Assembly: GCA_043763995.1 (NCBI GenBank)
Contig: JAYUKZ010000066.1
Span: forward strand, 722 to 64,721
DNA length: 64,000 nt
Source of the DNA: Fibrella sp.
Lineage (GTDB): Bacteria > Bacteroidota > Bacteroidia > Cytophagales > Spirosomataceae
Direction: 5' to 3'
The notes below the pieces were generated by a model that saw only the letters and a program-made list of their open reading frames with translations, made no database searches and was not told where the DNA came from. Numbering within the stretch: position 1 is the stretch's first letter; every line of letters starts with the position of its first letter. The translations under genes and the position numbers were made by a program. Positions 56,224 through 64,000 of the stretch are shown here, in pieces.

Positions 56224-58596
56224 TTAGTTCAATATCTCCTCTTCCTCCGTGGGGGCAATTTGCGGCGGAATATACCGCTGCGACGAGTCGATGTAGTAGC
56301 CGCCGCAGTCGACCTTGTAACCGTCGGGTTTCAGGAAAGGACTGGGTTTGTATTTGGTCAGCGATTTATTGGCATACACCTTCTGCATATACAGGCCCCA
56401 GGCGGGCATGGCCAACCGCGCCCCCTGCCCAAACCCAATGTCTTTGAAGTGGATAGACCGTTCATCGCCGCCAACCCACAGGCCGGAAACCAGGTTTTGG
56501 GTAATGCCCATAAACCAACCATCGGAGAAGCTGGACGTGGTACCGGTTTTGGCCGCAATCTGGTTGCCGTTGTCCAGCAGTTTATACTGCGTTTTCAGGC
56601 GGGCCGCCGTGCCGTTGGGGTCCTCAGTGGCACCGCGCATGAGGTAGAGCATATCGTAGGCTTTTTGGGCACTGATAACCTGCACCGCCGTGAGCGTGAA
56701 GTTGTGCAGCACGTTATCGTTCTTATCCGTAATGCGGTAAACGGTAATGGGTTTCACGCGGTGGCCACTGTTGGCAAAGGCGCAGTAGGCCGCCACCATA
56801 TCCATCACCGACACGTCGGCGGTGCCGAGACAAAGCGTGGGGTTGGCCGGAAAACCCGTGGTATCGACCCCCAAATCGGCGGCGGTTTTTAGCACGGCCC
56901 GCGCCTTTGATTTTTTGATGAGCCGGGCCGACACGCTGTTGACCGAGGCCCCAATGGCTTCGCGCAGCGAAAAAGCCTGCCCGCTATACCGCCCCGTCGA
57001 GTTTTTGGGTGTCCAGGAGCGGGGGCCGTTGCCGTCTTCGTAGGCAGCAAACGTCACGGGGCTGTCCGACACGCGGTCGCAGGTGGTGTAGTAGTTGTTG
57101 TTCAGGGCCGTGAGGTACACAAACGGCTTAAACGTTGACCCCGGCTGGCGTTTCCCCTGGGCCACATGGTCGAATTTCATGTACTTGAAATTGATGCCGC
57201 CCACCCACGCCCGCACGTACCCAGTGGTAGGGTCCATAGAAACGAAGCCCGTGTGGAGCAGCCGTTTGTAGTACCGGAGCGAGTCGAGCGTACTCATTAT
57301 GGTGTCTTTTTCCATCCGCCGCCCGGCATAGGTAAACACTTTCATCTTGACGGGCTTGTTCAGTTCGCGCCAGATTTTGGCCTGGTCATCGCCGTATACC
57401 TCTTTCAGTAACCGGTAGCGGCTGGTACGTTTAACGGCGTTCTCAATGAAATTGGGCATCTCCTGCCATTGTTTCGAGGCGTTTTTAAACACCCACGGGT
57501 TGCGCCCGCGCCACTGCTGGTAGAACTTTCCCTGCTGGTCGCGCATGTTGGTCATCACGGCTTCTTCTGCTGATTGCTGCATCCGGGAATCGAGGGTGGA
57601 GTAGATTTTCAGGCCGCTGGTGTAGAGGTTCAGGTCGGTGCCGTTCTCTTTGTTGTACTGTTTAACCCAATTTTTCAGGAAATCGCGGATGGTGGCGCAG
57701 TAATAGGGTGCCTTGTTGGTGTTCTGATTTTCGACGTTGAAATCGAGTTTCAGTGGCTTAATTTTATAACTCAGGTACTGATTGTTTGTCAGGAATTTAT
57801 ACTTTTTCATCTGCCCCAGCACCACGTTTCGCCGTTCGCGGGCGCGTTCCTCAAAAATGCGCGGGTCGAACAGCGACGGGTTTTTGAGCATTCCCACCAG
57901 CGTGGCACTTTCTTCTACGCTTAGTTGCCAGGGTTCGCGGTTGAAGTAGGTTTTGGCGGCGGTTTTTATGCCATATGTATTGTTGCCAAACGACACCGTG
58001 TTGAGGTACATCATCATGATTTCCTGCTTGGTGTAGTTTCGTTCCAGCCGCACCGACAGAATCCACTCTTTGGTTTTGGCAATCACGAGCCGCACCACGG
58101 GGATGTTGCCCAACACGCCTTCATACTGCTCTTCGCGGGTGTTGAACAGGTTTTTGGCCGTTTGCTGGGTCAGGGTGCTGCCCCCGCCCGTGTTGGCCGC
58201 GTTCCTGAATGTGAGAATGCCCGTCACGGCCCGCGCAATAGACCGGAAATCGATACCCGAATGTTTCATAAACCGGGCATCTTCGGTGGCCAGCAACGCC
58301 GAAATCACGTTGGGCGACACCTGCGTGATGTCTACCGGGGTGCGATTTTCGAGGTAGAACTTGCCCATCTGGGGGCCGTCGTTGAAATAAATGGTGGAGG
58401 CTACCTGGCTTTTGGGGTTCTCCAGGGCTTTCAGGTCGGGCATTCCGCCGAAGAGCCACAGAAAATTGACTGCCACCGCCAGCACGTACACCAGAATGCC
58501 AACCAGGGCAATCAAACTACCTTTCCAGAGGCGGAGAATGAGGGTGCGGTAGTGGCCGGGGGCAAAGGTGAGGTAGGTAGGAAGTGTGCGTTTCAT
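56224..58596 (-). CDS. Class A penicillin-binding protein 1A
   Basis: Transglycosylase ATEDARF, GGSTLTQQTAKN, YLNTV.FG; transpeptidase STFK, SVN, KTGT. Confidence 0.95.
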   Translation of the reverse strand: MKRTLPTYLTFAPGHYRTLILRLWKGSLIALVGILVYVLAVAVNFLWLFGGMPDLKALENPKSQVASTIYFNDGPQMGKFYLENRTPVDITQVSPNVISALLATEDARFMKHSGIDFRSIARAVTGILTFRNAANTGGGSTLTQQTAKNLFNTREEQYEGVLGNIPVVRLVIAKTKEWILSVRLERNYTKQEIMMMYLNTVSFGNNTYGIKTAAKTYFNREPWQLSVEESATLVGMLKNPSLFDPRIFEERARERRNVVLGQMKKYKFLTNNQYLSYKIKPLKLDFNVENQNTNKAPYYCATIRDFLKNWVKQYNKENGTDLNLYTSGLKIYSTLDSRMQQSAEEAVMTNMRDQQGKFYQQWRGRNPWVFKNASKQWQEMPNFIENAVKRTSRYRLLKEVYGDDQAKIWRELNKPVKMKVFTYAGRRMEKDTIMSTLDSLRYYKRLLHTGFVSMDPTTGYVRAWVGGINFKYMKFDHVAQGKRQPGSTFKPFVYLTALNNNYYTTCDRVSDSPVTFAAYEDGNGPRSWTPKNSTGRYSGQAFSLREAIGASVNSVSARLIKKSKARAVLKTAADLGVDTTGFPANPTLCLGTADVSVMDMVAAYCAFANSGHRVKPITVYRITDKNDNVLHNFTLTAVQVISAQKAYDMLYLMRGATEDPNGTAARLKTQYKLLDNGNQIAAKTGTTSSFSDGWFMGITQNLVSGLWVGGDERSIHFKDIGFGQGARLAMPAWGLYMQKVYANKSLTKYKPSPFLKPDGYKVDCGGYYIDSSQRYIPPQIAPTEEEEILN

Positions 58597-60854
58597 TTTC
58601 GTTTGGCCGATAGTTGCTCTGCCGCCACCTGCCGTTCTTTCACGTGCGAAAGTAAGGGACTCAGGGGGTAATCGCGTACAAATTCGTTCAACGCCTGTCG
58701 GTACGCCTCCGCGCCCTGCACCCGCCCCACCAGAATGACCCGAAGCAGGGCCATGCGGTCAGCCAGTTTGGCCCCGCCATACGTACCCAGCGCAGTCTCG
58801 GTGCGGGCCAGGGCTTCGGTGCTGTTGCCCTGCTGGTAGAGGTCATACAGTTGGGCATACGCCTGGTTAGCGGCCAGTTCGTTCGTCACGCCCTTGCCGC
58901 CAGGTACGTTGCCCGCCTCGGTGGGGGAGGTGCCCGTGTTCAGTAGTTTGGCGTATGACGAGGTGGGAAACTCGGCCATTAGTTTGCGGTCCCAGTCTGA
59001 CTTTTGCCCTGCCTGTGCGGTGGCCAGGTGCAACAGGTAATACGTTTCGGGACGGTAGCTGGAGTTGGGAAACCGAACAAGCAGCCGTTCCAGCGTAGTG
59101 ACTGCCATTGCTGGTTGCTCGAGTTGGAATTTGTAGAGCTTCCCCTGCCGAAACAACGCCGATTCCAGCGCGTCGTTCGATTGTTGCACCGCTTCCGCCG
59201 AAAATGGAATCTGGCGATACAGTTCGTCTTTTTTGGCTTTTCGAAGGTTCATCGTGGCGGGTTTCGCCGGGCCAGCCTCCGCCGTAAGCGGGGTGGAGGG
59301 GTTGGTGGCGTTGGCCGGATTTGCCCCGTTTAAAGGGCTGTTTTCGGCGGCAACCGCCTGCGAGGCATCCCGGTTTTGCCGCCGCCAATCGTCGCCCAGA
59401 GGGCGGTTTCCCCAAATTTGGCGAAATTCCTGACTGCCTTGGGCCAGTTGCACGGGGTTGTAGAGCACCCAGCGGTCGTTGGGGGCCAGGTCGGAGTTGG
59501 TAGCCTGCCCGCCGGTTTGGTTCATGCGCCCCGTGACCTGTTTGGCCAGTTCGGCTTGGGAGGCATCGGCTTTTTCGCGCCGGTCAATCACTTTGTCCAG
59601 TAGTTGGTCCAAGGCGGCGGGGTTCATCTGGGCCAGGCGTTGGAGGCTGTCTTCGCGGTCAATGGTGGTTTGGTTGTTCACAAACTCGTCCAGGGTTTTT
59701 TTGCGGGTGGCCAGCGTGGTGTAGTAGGCATGGTTTTGGGGCAGCAGGGCCAACGCGCTGTCATAATACGCCTGGGCGCGGCTGTACTCTTGTTTTTTCT
59801 CAAAATACAACGTACCCATCTCGGCGTAGGTGAGGGGCAGTTGCGCGGTGTTGGTCAGCCCTGTTTGCGCGGCCCGGTTGTAGTTGAGCAGGGCGCGGTC
59901 GGTGTTGCCGCGCCGGGCATCGGTGCGGGCCATGGTGAAATAAATCTTGTCGATCAGGTCGGTATTTTTCCGGTCGCCAAGCATACTTTCGAAGCGCTCG
60001 GTGTTGCGGGCCAGTTGGTCGGGGTCGTTGCCGTCGGCTTGCATCAGGTAGATGGTGGCGTAAAATTCCTGGTCGTAGTTGGGTCGGGTGCGCAATACCT
60101 GCCGAAAATGGTCGGTGGCGGGAGTATTTTTTCCGGCCAGTTCATACAGTTGCCCCGCAATGAGGTGGAGCCGTGCGGTGGCTTCCGATTTTTGCAACAA
60201 AGGAAAGGTGGCATCCAGAATGCCCGCCGCCACCAGCGGTTCGCCTTTTCGTTGGTGCAAATAGGCTTTGGTAAGGTAAAAATCGCGGGTGTTGGGTTTG
60301 TTCAGGGGCTGGATACGCAGGTACTCGGCCACGGTGAGGGCGTTGGCAAAATCGCCGGTCTCCACGTAGGTGCGCATCAGGTACGTCAGGGCTTCGTGCT
60401 TGGCAATGTCGCTGCGGCCCTTCGTATTAATGTACTTGAACACCTCGGTGGCACTGCCCAAATCCTGCCGGTAGAGGCGCGTTTTACCAATAAGCACATA
60501 CGCCGCATCGACCCACTTGCTATTCTGATGCCGCTCGGCTACCAACGACGCTTTCTTGATGGCATCGTCTAGCTGGGCGCGAACAGCCTGAGTGGCGTTG
60601 GAATCGAGCGGAAGCAGTACGGGCAGGATTTCGTTGTAATTATCCTGCCGGTTTTTAAACAGATACCGTTCCACTTCGTCCATGTCGTCATGGGCCATCG
60701 CATAGGCGTTGTAATGGGCCGTGAGGTTGTGATAGCCTTTGCTGAGCGAGCCGGTGCTGTGTTGTGAACAAGCTGCCAGGCCCGCCAACAATCCTAACAA
60801 TGTTATGGATTGACGGGTAGAGCCAGGTACGTTACCGGAAAAGAAGTTACGCAT
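58593..60854 (-). CDS. porW: TPR lipoprotein PorW/SprE
   Basis: Lipobox LAAC, YHNLTAHYNAY, SKWVDAAY..IGK, WVLYN, WG.RPL.DDWRR; stop overlaps the PBP1A start. Confidence 0.78.
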   Translation of the reverse strand: MRNFFSGNVPGSTRQSITLLGLLAGLAACSQHSTGSLSKGYHNLTAHYNAYAMAHDDMDEVERYLFKNRQDNYNEILPVLLPLDSNATQAVRAQLDDAIKKASLVAERHQNSKWVDAAYVLIGKTRLYRQDLGSATEVFKYINTKGRSDIAKHEALTYLMRTYVETGDFANALTVAEYLRIQPLNKPNTRDFYLTKAYLHQRKGEPLVAAGILDATFPLLQKSEATARLHLIAGQLYELAGKNTPATDHFRQVLRTRPNYDQEFYATIYLMQADGNDPDQLARNTERFESMLGDRKNTDLIDKIYFTMARTDARRGNTDRALLNYNRAAQTGLTNTAQLPLTYAEMGTLYFEKKQEYSRAQAYYDSALALLPQNHAYYTTLATRKKTLDEFVNNQTTIDREDSLQRLAQMNPAALDQLLDKVIDRREKADASQAELAKQVTGRMNQTGGQATNSDLAPNDRWVLYNPVQLAQGSQEFRQIWGNRPLGDDWRRQNRDASQAVAAENSPLNGANPANATNPSTPLTAEAGPAKPATMNLRKAKKDELYRQIPFSAEAVQQSNDALESALFRQGKLYKFQLEQPAMAVTTLERLLVRFPNSSYRPETYYLLHLATAQAGQKSDWDRKLMAEFPTSSYAKLLNTGTSPTEAGNVPGGKGVTNELAANQAYAQLYDLYQQGNSTEALARTETALGTYGGAKLADRMALLRVILVGRVQGAEAYRQALNEFVRDYPLSPLLSHVKERQVAAEQLSAKRK

Positions 60855-60882
60855 AGGGGTAGAGCGGCCACGGGGCAGGGCG

Positions 60883-60890
60883 TACCTTTG
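60883..60890 (+). promoter_or_regulatory. -7 promoter element of the atp operon
   Basis: TACCTTTG ~100 nt upstream of the first atp gene. Confidence 0.55.
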
Positions 60891-60991
60891 CGGAGCCTAA
60901 CAGAATTTCTTGGACACTGTTAAAACGTAGTGCCGGTGTTGAACGTATCGAATGCCGTGCCAATGTAGCGAAAGTAGCCAATTTTAGCCAA

Positions 60992-61228
60992 ATGAACGTA
61001 CCTGAAGAACCCAAACCGCCTAACCCTGACCGCCAACCGTCGGCTTTTGCGCAGTATAGCGGCATTGGCATTCAGATGCTGGGCACCATTGGCGTGGGGG
61101 TCTATGCGGGCATGAAACTGGATCAGTGGCAGGGCAACAAAACCCCCGGCTGGACCATCGGCCTGTCCCTTTTTGCCATTTTTGCCTCGTTGTATCTGTT
61201 CATTAAACAATTACCTAAATCACCCTGA
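60992..61228 (+). CDS. AtpZ/AtpI-like ATP synthase accessory protein
   Basis: YSGIGIQMLGTIG, GMKLDQW, first gene of the atp operon. Confidence 0.85.
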   Translation: MNVPEEPKPPNPDRQPSAFAQYSGIGIQMLGTIGVGVYAGMKLDQWQGNKTPGWTIGLSLFAIFASLYLFIKQLPKSP

Positions 61229-61263
61229 AAGCCTAGGCCGGGGAGCCGTGCTTTTTGATTTTC

Positions 61264-61626
61264 ATGCGTCATTCACTGCTTTTAACGGCGTTGCTCGGAA
61301 TTGTATTTTTTGTAGCTGACCGGTTTTACACTCCCGCTTGGCTCCACCCGTTTTGGCCGTATATATTGCTGTTTCAGTTCATGCTCTCGGTCTTGCTCCA
61401 TCGGCTGATGGGCTACGTAAAAGACCCTCAATCGGCTCAGTTCACCACCTTTTTTCTGGCCTTCACCACCAGCAAGCTCATTTTGTGTCTGCTTTTTGTG
61501 GGAATAATGCTTTACAACAACGTACCTGACCGGGCTGCGTTCATTGTGGGCTTTCTTGCACTGTATTTAGTTTATACCAGTTTTGAAATCTACGGCCTTG
61601 CTCGTAAATTGCGACGCGATTCGTAG
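61264..61626 (+). CDS. ATP synthase protein I-like membrane protein
   Basis: Four TM segments; lies between atpZ and atpB. Confidence 0.7.
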   Translation: MRHSLLLTALLGIVFFVADRFYTPAWLHPFWPYILLFQFMLSVLLHRLMGYVKDPQSAQFTTFFLAFTTSKLILCLLFVGIMLYNNVPDRAAFIVGFLALYLVYTSFEIYGLARKLRRDS

Positions 61627-61645
61627 AAACGCCTACTTCTTTCAT

Positions 61646-62752
61646 ATGATTAAGTCATCAATTACTAAATTTATAGCTGCCCTGACGCTGGTTTTTGGTA
61701 CGCTCACGGGCGTTCTGGCACAAGAGCATACCCCCCACGAGCGCACGGAAACACCCGCTGCGGGAGAGAAAAAATTCAACGTGGGCGAGATGATTACCCA
61801 CCACATCAGCGACGATAAAGGTTGGGAATTCGCCCACGGCCTCACCCTGCCCCTGCCCATCATTTTGTATTCGGCAGACCGGGGCCTGGAAGTGTTCTCG
61901 TCCTCACGCCTGCACGAAGGGACCATCTACAACGGATACAAAGCTGAGCACGGCCACATTCGCCGGGTCGATGTTGCCGGTAAACCACTGGAGGAGGTTC
62001 ACGTAACCGACTTGAGTATTACCAAGAATGTGGCCTCGCTCATGCTCAGTGCCATCTTGTTGCTGGTCATTTTCACCTCCATTGCCGGTTCCTACGGTAA
62101 GAACAAAGGCCGTGCGCCCACCGGATTACAGTCATTGCTGGAACCCATTGTGCTGTTTGTGCGCGACGAGATTGCCAAGCCAAACCTGGGGCCGAAATAC
62201 GGCACGTACCTGCCCTACTTGCTGACGCTATTTTTCTTTATTCTGGTCAATAACTTGCTAGGGCTTTTGCCGGGCGGAGCCAACCTCACCGGCAACATTG
62301 CCGTAACCATCGTGCTGGCCATCATCACGTTTTTGGTCACGAATTTCAGCGGCAACAAACACTACTGGATGCACCTGGTGCGGCCCACGGGTGTGCCATT
62401 GGCCCTGCTGCCCATCATGATTCCAGTCGAAATTGTGGGCTTGTTTATGAAACCGCTTTCGCTCATGATCCGGTTGTTTGCCAACATCACGGCGGGCCAC
62501 ATCATTATTCTGGCGTTGCTCTCGCTGATTTTTATTGCCCGTAACGCCGGTGGCGCGGGCATGGGTTGGGGCATCAGTGCCATTGTGGTGCCGTTTACCC
62601 TGTTCATGAACCTGATTGAACTGCTGGTGGCGTTTCTTCAGGCGTTTATTTTCACGCTGCTCACCTCTATGTACATCGGCAGTGCCATTGAAGACAGTCA
62701 CGAAGCCGACCACGGCATCGGCTACAGCGGCCACGGCGAAGAAGTTGCTTAG
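61646..62752 (+). CDS. atpB: ATP synthase F0 subunit a
   Basis: HHISD, SITKNV, NLTGNI, KPLSLMIRLFANITAGH, ELLVAFLQAFIFTLL. Confidence 0.97.
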   Translation: MIKSSITKFIAALTLVFGTLTGVLAQEHTPHERTETPAAGEKKFNVGEMITHHISDDKGWEFAHGLTLPLPIILYSADRGLEVFSSSRLHEGTIYNGYKAEHGHIRRVDVAGKPLEEVHVTDLSITKNVASLMLSAILLLVIFTSIAGSYGKNKGRAPTGLQSLLEPIVLFVRDEIAKPNLGPKYGTYLPYLLTLFFFILVNNLLGLLPGGANLTGNIAVTIVLAIITFLVTNFSGNKHYWMHLVRPTGVPLALLPIMIPVEIVGLFMKPLSLMIRLFANITAGHIIILALLSLIFIARNAGGAGMGWGISAIVVPFTLFMNLIELLVAFLQAFIFTLLTSMYIGSAIEDSHEADHGIGYSGHGEEVA

Positions 62753-62814
62753 ATTGCTCTTACACGATTCCAAAGTCGGGATGCAAAAAACCTGCTGATT
62801 ACCAGGCAATTTTT

Positions 62815-62848
62815 AAATCCAAAATCCCCGATCCGCAATCCCAAATCT
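62815..62848. repeat. Heptamer short tandem repeat
   Basis: aaatcca aaatccc cgatccg caatccc aaatc. Confidence 0.6.
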
Positions 62849-62876
62849 TTTTTTCTTTTGTTTTTTTCACTTATAA

Positions 62877-63146
<270 letters not shown>

Positions 63147-63313
63147 CGGCTTGGTTTCCAGTAGGTATTCTGTCTGCGCACTAGGCAATGACCCACAGAA
63201 TGCACCGCTTTGGCGAACGTACCTGCCCGTTGGGGTTGCCGCAGGCAGGTACGTACCCAACCCCCACAAAAGAAAGAACCAGACGTTTATTTTTCCTTTA
63301 GTTCATCCTGATT

Positions 63314-63808
63314 ATGGAACTGCTCACCCCCGATCTTGGCCTGTTGTTTTGGCAGGTAATTATTTTTGGCATCACATTTTTTCTGCTCCGTAAATTTGCC
63401 TGGGGACCCATCACGGCCAGCCTCAAAGAGCGCGAAGACAGCATTCAGGGTGCGCTGGATCTGGCCGAAAAAACGCGCGGCGAAATGACCAAGCTGAAAT
63501 CAGAAAACGAGCAGATTCTGGCCCAGGCCCGCGCCGAACGCGAAACCATTTTGCGCGGAGCCAAAGAAACCGCCGACCGGATCATTGCCGAATCCCGCGA
63601 TAAGGCCGTGGCCGAAGGCCAGCGGATGCTGGAGCAAGCCCGCGAAGCCATGCAGAATGAGCGGCAGGCCCTAGTGGCTTCCATGAAAAAAGAAGTGGTA
63701 AACCTCTCTATAGAAGTGGCCGAAAAAGTGCTCCGCCGTGAACTGGCCGACAAAACAGCCCAGGAAAAACTGGTGCAGGACCTGGTAGCCACCTCTAGCC
63801 TAAACTAA
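63314..63808 (+). CDS. atpF: ATP synthase F0 subunit b
   Basis: PDLGLLFWQ, KFAWGPI..SLKERE. Confidence 0.96.
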   Translation: MELLTPDLGLLFWQVIIFGITFFLLRKFAWGPITASLKEREDSIQGALDLAEKTRGEMTKLKSENEQILAQARAERETILRGAKETADRIIAESRDKAVAEGQRMLEQAREAMQNERQALVASMKKEVVNLSIEVAEKVLRRELADKTAQEKLVQDLVATSSLN

Positions 63809-63818
63809 GCCCCACGTT

Positions 63819-64000
63819 ATGGCCATTTCAACCGTTGCAGCCCGCTACGCCAAATCATTGATTGACCTGGCCCAGGAAAAAGGGCTGGTGGAGGTGATGC
63901 ACAGCGACATGCTCTTTTTTCAGCAAACCATTGCCGACAACCGCCCGTTGGCCGTCTTGCTGACCAACCCCATTGTGCGTAATGCCAAGAAATGGAGTAT
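63819..64000 (+). CDS. atpH: ATP synthase F1 delta subunit, partial
   Basis: Manual translation MAISTVAARYAKSLIDLAQEKG...LLTNPIV; follows atpF. Confidence 0.93.
   Translation, partial: MAISTVAARYAKSLIDLAQEKGLVEVMHSDMLFFQQTIADNRPLAVLLTNPIVRNAKKWS

Noticed and set aside
59604-60572. 322-aa plus-strand ORF
   Set aside because: Antisense shadow of porW/sprE.

Overview
This is a 64 kb chromosomal window from a Bacteroidota bacterium, probably Cytophagales/Spirosomataceae (Fibrella/Spirosoma-like). The taxon is inferred from protein style, TAnnTTTG promoters, the gld locus and the repeat families. Most genes are housekeeping: mutS 5' end, SpoU methyltransferase, two ECF sigma factors, FKBP, Prc protease, a CzcA-TolC metal efflux operon, menG-porT, maeB, pth, pyrR, a lone nuoN, rplU-rpmA, sucD, hemD, porP-gldKLMN, uvrC, PBP1A-porW/sprE and the start of the atp operon. 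Four things stand out. (1) The non-palindromic 9-mer CAGGTACGT occurs at least 52 times (28 +, 24 -; about 0.5 expected by chance). It lies in genes and intergenic DNA, forms inverted pairs, and has only one copy in the foreign island, like a DNA-uptake sequence or HIP1-type motif. (2) A ~6.7 kb element is integrated at tRNA-Val(TAC). It has a 58-bp att duplication, a divergent XRE/Cro-like switch, an internally placed integrase, a VapE ATPase, an iteron-type origin candidate, a toprim primase and an AT-rich membrane cargo gene, but no relaxase or capsid genes. (3) Several palindromic and short-tandem repeat families are present; one sits in frame inside czcA. (4) Two small two-gene cassettes have unknown function. 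All counts were made by eye and no database search was run.
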